In this document: piece after piece, positions 1 through 11,155 of the stretch
How the letters are laid out: the number at the start of each line of letters is the position of its first letter
Position numbering within the stretch: position 1 is the first letter of the stretch
Assembly (NCBI GenBank): GCA_963788195.1
Contig: CAWBGA010000017.1
Location: 448,001 to 512,000 of the forward strand
Length of the DNA stretch: 64,000 bases
Reading direction: 5' to 3'
From: Nitrospirota bacterium
GTDB lineage: Bacteria > Nitrospirota > Nitrospiria > Nitrospirales > NS-4
The notes under the pieces: model-generated
Seen by the model: only the letters and a program-made list of their open reading frames with translations
The model's database searches: none
Told to the model about the DNA's origin: nothing
Position numbers and translations under genes: made by a program

Positions 1-742
1 ATGGATATCCCCGAGCAGATATGCATCACGCGCGACAACGTGCAGGTCTCGGTCGACGGCATCCTCTATCTCAAGGTCTTAAATCCCGAGCGCGCCTCGT
101 ATGGCATTGGCGACTACCGTTTCGCGATTACCCAGTTGGCGCAAACGACACTGAGAAGCGAGATCGGCAAGATCGAGCTGGACCGGACGTTCGAGATGCG
201 CACCAATATCAACACCCAGGTCGTTAATGAGCTCGACAAGGCATCGGAGCCGTGGGGCGTGAAGGTCCTGCGCTATGAGATCAGAAACATCACACCCCCC
301 AAAGATATCCTGGCCGCCATGGAAAAGCAGATGCGGGCGGAGCGCGAGAAGAGAGCCGTCATCCTGACGTCGGAAGGCGATCGGGATGCCGCCATCAATG
401 AGGCCGAAGGTCAAAAGCAGAAGGTGATCAAAGCCTCTGAGGCGAAGAAGCAGCAGCAAATTAACGAGGCGGAAGGCGCGGCCTCCGCGATCCTCGCAAT
501 TGCAGACGCCACGGCACAGGGGATCCGAAAGGTCGCCGAGTCGATCCAAGTGCAGGGCGGCTACGAAGCAGTGCAGCTGCGCGTCGCCGAACAGTACATT
601 GGAAAATTCGGCGAACTCGCGAAGGCCAGCAACACGCTTGGTCCTTCCTGCCACCGTCTCGGATGTCGGCTCAATGATCGCTCTCGCCATGAACGTCATC
701 GGTCGGAAACCAGAACCGCCTGCCACCAGTCGGCCGGCTTAG
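1..742 (+). CDS. SPFH/band 7 (slipin/QmcA-like) protein, 5' partial, frameshift near 640
   Basis: ITRDNVQVSVDG, AQTTLRSEIG, KQMRAEREKRA motifs; natural C-terminus (VLPATVSDVGSMIALAM) continues in the frame ending at 742. Confidence 0.9.
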
Positions 743-744
743 AT

Positions 745-1954
745 CTATTTCATGACCGCGGCGAGAAAGTGCTCAATAGCATACGTGCTCAGCTGGCCGC
801 ACGGGCCACTGAAGTTCAGATCGCAGCTGTGCGTAGCCCAGGGCATCGTCAGCAGATACTGCTTACGGCCATAGGATGCCAACCGGACCGCAAGACGCTC
901 GCTTTGCTCCTCCGCTACCAATTCATCCCGCCCGCCATGAATCAGGAGCGTTGGAGGCGTTGTACTCCCCACGAAGTAAAATGGGGAGGCCTCCAAGTAA
1001 GGTTGTGGCATGTTATCGGGATCGGATCCAAGATAGGCTTTCAACAGCGCCACGCGAATCAAGCACCGCGGGATTGGCGGGAAAAGTGTAGCTGAAGCGC
1101 AGATCAGGTGGCCCGTAAAATGAGATGACGCCGCGAACCGCGGAATTTCCGGCCACATAGCCCGCCAGCATTGCCAATTGCGCGCCGGCGGACCGTCCCA
1201 GGAGCACAAGACGATCTCCATCGATCCCGAGATCGGCCGCATGCGTCTTTAAATAGACAATCGCGTGTTTGACATCTTCAAACGCGGCTGGAAATTTGTG
1301 CTTCGGCGCCAGACGATAGTTCATCGCCGCGACGAGATAGCCCCGCCCGGCAAGAAAGCGATTGAGCGCCGCGAATTCACCCTTATCACCAGTCTGCCAG
1401 CTTCCACCGTGAATGACGAGAACGACAGGCCGCAGCTTGGAACTCGAAGCGATCGAGGATGGCTTGTAAAGATCCAGCGCCAGATCCACGCCTTCCGCCT
1501 TGTTGTAGATGACGCTCGTCGGCTGGATCGCGGGTGTCGCTACTCCCATAAACAAATCGGTGAGGGCAAGGGGTGTCGCTCTGGGAGCGGCGTCACCCGA
1601 CCTGGGGAGCTCAGCCTTGCCGAATGACCGCTCAAGACCCGAAGGCAACTCCTTGGCGGACAGAACTGCCTGCATGACCGGTGTCAGCGTGAGAAATGCG
1701 GCGATGAGGCAAAGCAGCGCCCCTATGAGGCCGATCCACGAAGGCTGCGCGCGATCGGAAAATCCAAAGCCGCCCAGGACAAGGAGGGCCAATGCGAGCA
1801 CTGTGAGCCAATGTCCCCACTCAGTGACGGCCAGCGCAACCATCCACAACAGATGGGTCGGCGCGGGGATGAACACCAACAGAGCCGCGAGGACAAGCCC
1901 GGCGCCCAGAACCAAACGCAAGAGGAGAAAAAACTTGGACGTTAAGAAATCCAA
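745..1954 (-). CDS. alpha/beta hydrolase (esterase/lipase) with N-terminal TM helices, frameshift near 1050
   Basis: HGGSW, GRSAG nucleophile elbow; C-terminal LIHGGRD...H part in ORF 745..1242. Confidence 0.85.
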
Positions 1955-2055
1955 CTCTAGACCCCTCTCGTAGAGTCAGATAGAAATCCCAGACAGCCCA
2001 GTCGGGATACGTAGACGCGGGCGATGACTCGCAGATCAAAGGAGGAAAAGACACC

Positions 2056-2545
2056 ATGAAGTTCAGCCGACCCCTCTGGATTGCGCTTTTCATCATGACC
2101 GGCCTCATCGGCGGCTGCAGTACGACGGACACCCCTGGAGCCAGGACCGCGGATACTGCCAAACCCAAGACCGGGATGACGCAACAGGCGTCGCTGTACC
2201 AGCGGTTGGGCGAAAAGCCGGCCATCACGGCCGTGGTGGACGAGTTTGTAGCGCGGGTTGCTGCCGATAGCCGCATCAACAGCCGATTCGCCAACTACCA
2301 ACATCCCTAGACTTAAAATGAATCTGGTCGATCAAATCTGCGCGGCATCCGGTGGTCCGTGTACCTATAAAGGCCGCGATATGAAGACTACGCATGCGGG
2401 CATGAGAATCACGAACGCCGACTTTGATGCGTTGGTAGGCGATTTGGTCGCGGCGTTGAATAAGTTTAAAGTCCCTGAGCGTGAGAAAAATGAGTTGCTT
2501 TCGGTGCTAGGCCCGATGCGTAAGGATATCGTAGAAACCCAATAG
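2056..2545 (+). CDS. group 1 truncated hemoglobin with lipoprotein-type signal, frameshift near 2300
   Basis: SLYQRLG..AITAVVDEFVARVAADSRIN then QICAASGGPCTYKGRDMKTTHAGM; LIGGC lipobox; GGAGG RBS. Confidence 0.9.
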
Positions 2546-2660
2546 CCCGCCGAAAAAGGGGACAGGCTACTTTTTCAGTTCTTGATGCCGCAGCCAAAAC
2601 ACGCCTTCGTTCCGAAAAAGTTGCCTGTCCCCTCGTGGCTGCCTTCCCCTGGGGCCCCTG

Positions 2661-3386
2661 TTATCCGTGGACCTCTTCGCCGGCCATCGCATCCTGAGCT
2701 TCCGCATCCATCGTCGTTCCAGACTCCGAGAGAACGAACTGCTCCGCTTCGCCCAAGTCCTTAATATCGCGAAGCGCCGGCAGGTCGGCCAGGTCTTTGA
2801 GCCCGAATGCTTGCAAAAATTGTTTGCTGGTGCCGTACATGAGCGGCCGTCCCGGAATGTCCTTGCGCCCGACAATCCGAATCAAACGACGATCCAGCAG
2901 CGTCCGCAGGACACCGGCGGTATCCACTCCGCGAATTTGTTCAATCTCCGCTCTGACGAGCGGTTGTTTGTAGGCAATGATCGCGAGGGTCTCCATTGCA
3001 CTTCGGGACACCTTGGCGCCTGCTTTGGCTTTCTCCAGCCGCTTGATCCAGACGGAACAGTCGGCCCGTGTCGCCATCTGATAGCCACCAGCGACCTCGA
3101 CAATCTGAAGGCCCCGGCCATCCGCGGCATAGTCTGCCTGCAACGCCCGCATCGCCTCGTGAACTTCCGCCCGAGAGGCTCCTTCCAATACGCCGATCAT
3201 CCGATCAAGGGAAAGGGGTTCTCCGGACACAAACAATAGCGCTTCCAGAATACCCTTCAACCCACTTCCACCGCAGGACGGGGATGCACCGGCGGCGTGT
3301 GCCGTAACCCCATTTCCACCGCCATTGCCATGCCCATTCGGACCCTCGTGATCAACAAGCTCGGCACTTTCTGATTCAATGTTCAT
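2661..3386 (-). CDS. scpB: SMC-Scp complex subunit ScpB
   Basis: LEALLF, METLAIIAYKQP, IEQIRGVD, GRPLMYGTS; follows scpA. Confidence 0.95.
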   Translation of the reverse strand: MNIESESAELVDHEGPNGHGNGGGNGVTAHAAGASPSCGGSGLKGILEALLFVSGEPLSLDRMIGVLEGASRAEVHEAMRALQADYAADGRGLQIVEVAGGYQMATRADCSVWIKRLEKAKAGAKVSRSAMETLAIIAYKQPLVRAEIEQIRGVDTAGVLRTLLDRRLIRIVGRKDIPGRPLMYGTSKQFLQAFGLKDLADLPALRDIKDLGEAEQFVLSESGTTMDAEAQDAMAGEEVHG

Positions 3387-4180
3387 AGCTGATCCTTTGC
3401 TAGCGCGTCCTCCTCCGACTCCGGCAAAAATGCCCGAGACAGAAGGATCGCTCCGAATGCCTCTGCTTGAAAGACACACACGAGCTTCAGACGAATGAGT
3501 TCCAACAATCCCAAGAACGTGACGATCAGCACGACCGGCCCATCGGTAGGAGCAAATAACCTCTCGAAGGCTACCGCCGCAGACTCCTCAAGCCGCTCCA
3601 AAATATAGTTCATGCGATCCTTGACGGTCAGGTGATCGGCGGTGACTTCCAACAAGGTCCTCGATGGCGCACGCCGAATGACGTCCTGGAGCGCATCCAT
3701 CAAATCAAACAGCGTAAGCTCGAGAGGCGTCTCCTCGACATCCTCCGGTTTAGGCGCCGGCAGCGGCGTACGGCTATATACCTCTTGCCATAATCGCGCG
3801 CGATCCTGCAGATCGTGAGCAGCTTCTTTGAACTGTTTGTATTGCAAGAGTTGCCGCACGAGATCAGCGCGCGGATCCTGGCCTTCCTCCTCCTCGGCGT
3901 CCGGCTCGCCCGGCAGCAACATCTTCGACTTGATGAGGATCAATGTCGCCGCAAGCACAAGAAATTCCCCAGCCACTTCCAGGTTCAGCGACTTCATCAC
4001 ATTGAGATGCTCGAGATATTGTCGAGTGATCAGCGCCATCGGGATATCATAGATGTTGATCTCATTTTTCTTAATCAGATGCAGCAGAAGATCCAGGGGA
4101 CCTTCAAACTGATCGAGACGGATCTGGTAAGACGCTTCGACGCTTTCAGTATCTCCTTTCAACTGCACAGGCATCTCCAC
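3383..4180 (-). CDS. scpA: segregation and condensation protein ScpA
   Basis: FEGPLDLLLHLI, AGEFLVLAATLILIKSKMLLP, TFLGLLEL. Confidence 0.95.
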   Translation of the reverse strand: MEMPVQLKGDTESVEASYQIRLDQFEGPLDLLLHLIKKNEINIYDIPMALITRQYLEHLNVMKSLNLEVAGEFLVLAATLILIKSKMLLPGEPDAEEEEGQDPRADLVRQLLQYKQFKEAAHDLQDRARLWQEVYSRTPLPAPKPEDVEETPLELTLFDLMDALQDVIRRAPSRTLLEVTADHLTVKDRMNYILERLEESAAVAFERLFAPTDGPVVLIVTFLGLLELIRLKLVCVFQAEAFGAILLSRAFLPESEEDALAKDQL

Positions 4181-4255
4181 TCTACCCCTAGCTTACTTGA
4201 AAGCCTTCTACCAGGTTTAGTAGGTAAATACAAGAACCAAGTCAACCTATGGTGG

Positions 4256-5381
4256 TTACCCGTTTTTTAGGATGATAATGAAGGCGACAAAAAAGATCAG
4301 CAGGGCCGCGCCGACGATCGCAAGAAAAACTAGGACTGTCAAACCCGACGGAAGACCGCGGCGTAGCAAACGTCGCCCGGGTGAAATTCGGCTCCTCCTG
4401 GTAAAAGACTTTCGAGAAATCGGCCCTCCCCCGAAAGACTGCATCCGCAAAACTCACGTCACCTCGGAAAGTCGCACGGCGGAAATAGCTATCGGCATTG
4501 AACACTGTGTGGATAAAGAAGACCGCTTTCTCAAAAAGCGCTTCGGAAAAATCGGAAATGCCGTCCAGTCGACTCCCGGAAAAGCCGACGCCCATCTTGA
4601 AATAGGCGCGGGAAAAGCTGGATTCTTGTTTAAACCAGACCGAGAGAAAATTGGTGAGACCGTTGAATCCCGCGCGAAGGAAAGTGACCGGCTCTTCAAA
4701 GATGGTTTGATAAAAGCGGGTGTTGCTGGAAAAGGCGGTCTTCTCGAACGTCACGTGCTTGGCAAAGAAGCAGCTCAGAAAAAATGCATTCCCGAGGTAC
4801 ACAGCATTGGAGCTGTCAACAGCCTGCAAGAACACGGTGCGTGAAAGGTCGACTTCCTTCCTAAAGGTCGTCCCCTTGAATGATACCACTCCTTGAATGA
4901 CAACCCTGTCCCCCAAGACACGGTGTTCTGTCATATCCGGCTTAAACTGCGTGTCAATCAATCCATCCACTACCGAGTCTTCGATAATGAGGGGACCTCG
5001 AATCATTCTCAGTTCTGCGACCCCAGACTGGTTGAGCTGCGCCACGACAGACTCCGGAAGCACATTTGAGGTCACCGGCACAGACTTGAGCTGAGTCAAC
5101 AAGAGATCCCCACGAACCACTGCATTCTTAAGCGATACCCCTCTTCCTGCGTTCATGGCGTCAAGAATCTCCGTGGCGTCAACCGCGTGTTGCGTCGGGT
5201 CGAGTTTCAGGCAGTCGGAGGTCCAGTGGCGGATGAACATGCCGGATGACCCGACAGGTTCACGCTCGACGGTACAGGCGGTCGCCGCGAAAAGAGGGAT
5301 TACCAGGCCTATGCCGAAGGTCAGCATGGACAATAAGATGCGGTCGGCTCTCAAGATGCCACATGAAAGCGCTTTCGGCAT
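4256..5381 (-). CDS. pentapeptide-repeat protein with signal/lipoprotein N-terminus and C-terminal TM helix, frameshift near 4335
   Basis: Repeated F..A.F units; TM tail in ORF 4256..4450; start uncertain. Confidence 0.75.
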
Positions 5382-5458
5382 GACGGAGGCTATATCAACA
5401 CACAGGCGCCGTCCTAGTATAGGAGAAAAGTCGCCGAGATCATAGGGGGCTCTGGAGA

Positions 5459-6265
5459 CTAACGGGTAGGGGTGACGACGATTTCGACCCGCCGATTGTG
5501 GGCGCGCGCATCGTCATTGGTGTTTGGCGTGAGTGGTCGCGTGCCGGCCAAACCCGTTGCGGAGAGCCGCCACGGTTCCACGCCGTCCAGTTCCTTGAGG
5601 TACGTGGCGACGCCGATGGCCCGCGCATAGGACAGTTCAAAGTTTGTGAGGAACCGGGGCGGCGGTTCTGAGCGAATACGAACATCATCTGTATGACCTT
5701 CCACACGAATATACGTGGTGGACGGAGTGCGCAGCGCATCCGAAATTCGCTTCAACACCTTCAGCCCCTGCGGTCGTATCTCCGCGGAGCCGGAGTCGTA
5801 GAGTATCCGCTCGGCCAGCACAACCTTGACCGCATGCCGATCCCCCCGTACCGAACCGCTGCCTTCGGTTATCTCTTCTTTCAGACTTCCCTGGAGGTCA
5901 TGAAGCGTGGTTTTCATTTGCTGATCCTTGGTGGTTAAGGACATCCTGGTAGCCAGGAGCTCACGGTCAAGGTTCGCGTTTTCCTCCTCTTTCGTTCTAA
6001 GTTCCGCTTGGATGGCTTCCAGCCGGCGAGTCAGCAAGTCTACTTTTTCCTGTGTGCTGAGCTCCCCGTCGGCCGCCGGCTTGGCGCCTTCACTAAACTT
6101 CATCTCCGCCAGTTCCTTCTGCAGCTGCGTCAACTCGCTGCGGGCCGCGAGACTGCGCCCCTGGGCCTTTTCGTAGGCCTCACGAAGCGCTTCGTAATAG
6201 TCAAGAGAGACACATCCCAGCAGTACTGGAAACAGACAGGCCCATAGTAGCGGTCGACACATCAT
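5459..6265 (-). CDS. OmpA/MotB family lipoprotein
   Basis: LLGC lipobox, coiled coil, VEGHTDD, NFELSYARA, NRRVEI. Confidence 0.9.
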   Translation of the reverse strand: MMCRPLLWACLFPVLLGCVSLDYYEALREAYEKAQGRSLAARSELTQLQKELAEMKFSEGAKPAADGELSTQEKVDLLTRRLEAIQAELRTKEEENANLDRELLATRMSLTTKDQQMKTTLHDLQGSLKEEITEGSGSVRGDRHAVKVVLAERILYDSGSAEIRPQGLKVLKRISDALRTPSTTYIRVEGHTDDVRIRSEPPPRFLTNFELSYARAIGVATYLKELDGVEPWRLSATGLAGTRPLTPNTNDDARAHNRRVEIVVTPTR

Positions 6266-6362
6266 CGGCGTTTCAGGCGGAGTTTTACCATTTATCGTTC
6301 CATCTTAGGGTGTTTCTCTTACCAAATCAAGTTTCTAGTGGTGTTGCCAGGAAGGATACGGC

Positions 6363-6608
6363 GTGAGTACACTATGGATTGCGGAAAACGTCTCGTCAAA
6401 TGCGAAAGGATATATGGTACTCACATTTATCTCGGATCCTCTCGATGAAGAGCATGCAAGCGGGCATTTCTATCATGTGTGTCAAGGAGTCCTTCAGAAA
6501 GAGGAAGTCCTCCCCCCTGCCGACGGGGAACCGATCGCGTGTACAGGATGCGGGGTAGAGTTGGAACTCGAGGATTTTAAAGAGGCTCATTTAAAAGGCG
6601 CGGTGTGA
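6363..6608 (+). CDS. small hypothetical protein, possible Zn ribbon (HxC...CxxC)
   Basis: RBS-like GGAAGGA upstream; HVC and CTGC motifs. Confidence 0.55.
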   Translation: MSTLWIAENVSSNAKGYMVLTFISDPLDEEHASGHFYHVCQGVLQKEEVLPPADGEPIACTGCGVELELEDFKEAHLKGAV

Positions 6609-6620
6609 CTTCTTTCCCTA

Positions 6621-6868
6621 TTACACCCGCCAAGCATTCCACACGAACCCGCCCTGGAGTTATCTCGACCCCTTGCAAATGAAGGCAAGGGGTGCCCCGG
6701 ACAAACTCCCTCTTCCCCTAGGCTGCTCGCTACTACACCCAGCCCATCCCAGAACTCGCCAAGACGAGTTCGTCTCGCCCCTCTCACCCGCCCGACCCTG
6801 GAGTTTGCCAAGACAAACTCCTTTACCCCTAGGCCTGAGGATTGTTTGAGGCGCCGGGGGCAGTTTCT
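6621..6868 (+). repeat. cluster A of the CCC-hairpin (GCCRRRAC-loop) repeat family
   Basis: Stems GAACTC/GAGTTC (6752-6771) and GGAGTTT/AAACTCC (6800-6821) around GCCAAGAC; extended unit 6656-6709. Confidence 0.9.
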
Positions 6869-6884
6869 TTTTTCTTTATTTGGG

Positions 6885-7382
6885 CTACCGGTAGTTAATG
6901 AACTGTAGATCGACGCCGAAATCCTTCCCCTTCAAGAACCCAATGACCAACTGGAGGTCATCGCGACTTTTGCTCAAGACCCGGACCTGATCGCCCTGGA
7001 TCTGCGCCTGGGCTTTGAACTTAGCGTCCCTGATCTCCTTCGCGATCTCCTTCGCCTTTTCGCTTGAGAGGCCGTTCTGAATTTTTGCTACCTGCCGGAC
7101 CGTGCCTCCGAGTGCCGGCTCGACGTTGCCAAAGGAAAACGCCTTGACGGACACACTTCGCTTGATCAGCTTCGCCCTCAGAATATCCACAACGCTTTTG
7201 ATTTTGTAGTCATCATCGGAAACGATCACGAGTTCGCCTTCCTTCTCTTTGAGCGTCAGCTCGGTTTTCGTGCCTTTGAAGTCGAATCGCTGCGAGATTT
7301 CCTTTATGGCCTGGTCCACGGCATTCTTGACTTCCTGCATATCCACTTTCGACACGACATCGAACGAATTCTGTTCCGCCAT
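6885..7382 (-). CDS. yajQ: YajQ family cyclic-di-GMP/nucleotide-binding protein
   Basis: [41 protein letters not shown]. Confidence 0.95.
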   Translation of the reverse strand: MAEQNSFDVVSKVDMQEVKNAVDQAIKEISQRFDFKGTKTELTLKEKEGELVIVSDDDYKIKSVVDILRAKLIKRSVSVKAFSFGNVEPALGGTVRQVAKIQNGLSSEKAKEIAKEIRDAKFKAQAQIQGDQVRVLSKSRDDLQLVIGFLKGKDFGVDLQFINYR

Positions 7383-7424
7383 GGGACGTTTGCTCCTTTG
7401 CGTTTCTCAAGATACCAAAAAAAG

Positions 7425-9405
7425 TCAGCAACACGGTCCGGCCGGAATCTTGATGCTGCCGTCGTCGCGTGCCGTTTCACTTGTGGTGAACGGTTTCTTT
7501 TGGATCAAGAATCCGTACCACTTTCCGACCGAGTCCATCAAGACGACGACAGCTAGGACCGCGACAAGGCCAACCAAGCCGGCGTCGAGATAGTACGAGA
7601 ATCCTTCGCTACCGACCGAGTCCTGAGCCTTTCCCGCGAAGAACAGAAACAACTCGTAAGATCCCGCCAGGGTAATCACTCCGACGAACACCATGGGGGC
7701 GGCGGTCACCCACAGATACCGGGCCTTGCCCATCTTGATCAGCACGGTGGTGCCGACACACAGCGCAAGCATCCCTAGGAGCTGATTCGCCGCGCCGAAC
7801 ATGGGCCAGATCGTGGAGATAGTCCCCGTCGACAGCAGATACCCCCAGCCGCCCACCACGGCGAGGCTTGCGCCGATGACGCCCGGCTTCCAATTGAGGT
7901 CTTTGAGCGGCGGATAGACCATTCCTCCCATCTCTTGCGTCAGATAGCGGGCAACTCGAGTGCCGGCATCGATGGTGGTCAGGATAAAGAGTGCTTCGAA
8001 TAAGAGCGCGAACTGGTACCAATAAGCCATCAATCCTGCCATCCCCGGCAACGCCGAGAGAATCTTGGCCATCCCCACAGCCAAAGACACCGCCCCGCCA
8101 GGGCGACCTATGATCTCCTGCTCGACCAACTGCGAGAGCTCTTGAATCTGCGCAATGGGATACCCCAGCGCGGCCAATGCCTCGGACGATAAGGTGGTGT
8201 TTATCGCAAAGTAGTCCCCCGGCAACAAAATCGAGGCAGCAATTAAGGCTATCACGCCCACGAAACTCTCCATGAGCATCGCGCCGTATCCGACCATTGC
8301 GTGGGATTCCCGGTCAATCATCTTCGGAGTAGTCCCGGACGCCACCAAGGCATGAAATCCAGAGATCGCTCCGCAAGCGATGGTGATGAAGACGAAGGGA
8401 AAGATCGGTCCCGGAATAATCGGTCCCCCGCCGGCGATGAACGCAGTCACTCGCGGCAATTCAATCGTAGGCGCGATGATAATCACGCCGCACGCCAGAA
8501 GCAGGACAACGCCCACCTTCATGAAACTCGACAGATAATCCCGTGGGACCAACAGCATCCATCCCGGCAACACGGAAGCGAAGAACCCATAGCCCGCGAG
8601 CAGCCAGACGAGGGTGTCGCGCTCAAAATCAAACCAGGATGCGACTGAGGAATGCATGATGCCGCGGCCTGCGACGATTGCGGCCACGAGCAGCGCGACC
8701 CCAATGGCGGACATCTCACCGACACGCCCGGGCCGCCAATATTGAAGATACCACCCCATTGCGACGGCAATCGGAATCGTCAAGCCCAGGGTAAACGTTC
8801 CCCACGGATTATGGGAAAGTGCATTGACGACAGCAACCCCCAGGCCGGCCAACGCGACGATCACAATAAAGAGGACGGCGATCGCAGTCGCGGTGCCCGT
8901 GATCGATCCAATCTCGTCACGCGCGATCTGGGGAAGCGACCGACCATGGCGCCGCATGGAGGCCACAAGAATCACAAAGTCTTGCACCGCCCCGGCAAGA
9001 ACAGCGCCAATGACCAGCCACAAGAATCCAGGAAGGAAGCCGAACTGCGCCGCGAGGACGGGACCAAGCAACGGTCCGGCGCCCGCGATCGCGGCAAAAT
9101 GATGGCCGAACAGCACCCACCGGTTGGTCGGTGTGAAGTTGGCGCCGTCCGGAGACCAGGTGCGCCGGGGTCAGCCGGCGGTCATCTAATTGCAACACTT
9201 TTCGCGCGAGGAACCGACCATAAAAGCGGTAGGCCAAGGCATAGAAACAAGCGGACGCGACGACCAGCCACAGGCCGTTGACTTTTTCTTCGGGTCGCAG
9301 GACTCCGGTCACCACTCCAAAGGCAATCGCGCAGAGCACAGCCAGCAGTAACCATCCCACCCTGGCCACAAATAAGGGGCGCTTTCTGGCGCTGTCCCGG
9401 TTCAA
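7425..9405 (-). CDS. cstA: carbon starvation protein A family transporter, frameshift near 9150
   Basis: [30 protein letters not shown]-terminus in ORF 8917..9405. Confidence 0.92.
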
Positions 9406-10148
9406 AGACCCGTCGCCTCCTCCTGGACGATCTTTGTCAACTCAAGAAGTCGATCCGCCCAGATCCACGGAGACCCCTCGTCTTCATGCTTGAGAAAGAC
9501 GAAACAGTCCTGACCGGTTTCGGCCGCTTCCTGAATCCACCGCGCCCATTCACGCAATCTCGCATCATCGTAGGCGCTTCGCCGCAACCGGGCGTAACGA
9601 AAGTCCCCTGTGTCGCGGCACTCAGCGGGAACCTCATCTGTCTCTGCGGCCACCCATGCGATCCGATGCCGTCGCAGCACTTCTTCGACCTCCGCAACAT
9701 TCCAAGAAGGATGTCGAAACTCCATGGCCCATCGGAGACCTTCAGGAAGCCCCGATAGGAACGCTTCAAGGCGCCCGTCGTCCCGAGGAAGGTTGGGCGG
9801 CAACTGCAAAAGAATCGGGCCGAGACGCCCGGCTGCCGCCAGCGACGCGAGCCGCTCGACCATGAAACGGACGGATTCAATCGCCTCGGGTTTGAGGCGC
9901 CGCAAATGCGTGATCTGACGATGCGCTTTCGTCGCGAAGAGAAAGCCTTCTGGCGTGTGCGCGATCCAGGCGCCAACCATTCCCTCGGATGGCATCCGGT
10001 ACCACGTCCCGTCCAGTTCGACGCTATCGTACCGTCGCGCGTAGTAGCTGAGGAACTCGGTTGGTTTTAAATCTTCGGGATAGAACCGGCCCACGCCTTG
10101 CCAAGGTCTGTAGGAATACCCGGACAGCCCAATGCGAGTCTCTGCCAT
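9402..10148 (-). CDS. DUF72 domain protein
   Basis: IGLSGYSY..W, SVELDGTWYRMP, LLQLPP, EFRHPSW. Confidence 0.9.
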   Translation of the reverse strand: MAETRIGLSGYSYRPWQGVGRFYPEDLKPTEFLSYYARRYDSVELDGTWYRMPSEGMVGAWIAHTPEGFLFATKAHRQITHLRRLKPEAIESVRFMVERLASLAAAGRLGPILLQLPPNLPRDDGRLEAFLSGLPEGLRWAMEFRHPSWNVAEVEEVLRRHRIAWVAAETDEVPAECRDTGDFRYARLRRSAYDDARLREWARWIQEAAETGQDCFVFLKHEDEGSPWIWADRLLELTKIVQEEATGL

Positions 10149-10153
10149 GTTCT

Positions 10154-11155
10154 TCAGCCGGGCGGCCGACCGCAAGGATCGGGTTGATAGACGCGGCGGT
10201 TCTCAATCGCGAGCGCTGCAAGCCCAAACACGATCCATACGATCTCTCTGACGCGTCGCACGATCGCAAAGGCCACCGCAACTCCCTCGGAATAGCCGAA
10301 CGCCACGAGCAGAACCAGGGTGCCTGCCTCCTGCCCGCCAACACTGCCTGGAATGAAGGCGGTGCCTCCCTTCACAAAAACCAATAGCGCGGCGACGGAA
10401 AAGGCCGTCAACACATCGATTGGCTGCGCCAGGAAGTACAGGATAAAATAAACCTCCACGGATTCAACCACCCAGCCTAAGAAGAAAAGAACAAAGGCCC
10501 AGGCGAACCCTCTTTTATCCTGAGAATAAAAACGGCTGATCGCCTCATCCAGTGCCAGGAGCTTATGCTCCCGCTTCCTGAGCCATTTGACCCTTATGCC
10601 CGAAGCCTCGAGTAGTCGGAGTACTCCCACGAAAAGACCTCGGCGTTGAAGCGCCAGGAATAGGGCAGCACCGAATCCCAACATGCCCAAACCGACGCAG
10701 GCGGCCAAGACAACTTCGCTCGATCGGTTCAGAATCGCAAGCCCCAGCCCAATCCCCATCAGGATGAAAAGGACCTGCGCGAGCGTCATGACTGTCTTCG
10801 AGGTCACAACGGAGGCAAGACCGTCCACGAGCGGGACATTGTAGCGGCTCAGGAGGTACGCCTTCATGGGCTCTCCTCCGAGATATGCGGCCGGCGTGGT
10901 GAAATTCACGGCTTCACCGGCCATGCGGATCAGGAAGAGACGATCAAATGGAATTTTCTTGGCATGACGGCCCAACGTGACCCGCCATCCGAGAGCCTCC
11001 AGCAGGTACATCGCGACCGACGGCAAGAGCACCCACACAATACCGGTTCCGAGCTTTTGTAGTTCTGCTACCAGAGTCGGAATGCCGATGTGGAAAAGCA
11101 GCCACGTTAAAACCGCGGCTCCAAGAAGCAGCAGAACGGCCGTCAGCCGCGTCAT
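10154..11155 (-). CDS. lysylphosphatidylglycerol-synthase TM / flippase-like membrane protein
   Basis: GEAVNFTTPAAYLGGEPMKAY, PGSVGGQEAG; multiple TM helices. Confidence 0.85.
   Translation of the reverse strand: MTRLTAVLLLLGAAVLTWLLFHIGIPTLVAELQKLGTGIVWVLLPSVAMYLLEALGWRVTLGRHAKKIPFDRLFLIRMAGEAVNFTTPAAYLGGEPMKAYLLSRYNVPLVDGLASVVTSKTVMTLAQVLFILMGIGLGLAILNRSSEVVLAACVGLGMLGFGAALFLALQRRGLFVGVLRLLEASGIRVKWLRKREHKLLALDEAISRFYSQDKRGFAWAFVLFFLGWVVESVEVYFILYFLAQPIDVLTAFSVAALLVFVKGGTAFIPGSVGGQEAGTLVLLVAFGYSEGVAVAFAIVRRVREIVWIVFGLAALAIENRRVYQPDPCGRPPG

Noticed and set aside
6621..6868. Integron attC interpretation of the hairpin units
   Set aside because: No RYYYAAC/GTTRRRY ends, no one-site-per-ORF cassette arrangement, no intI in the window.
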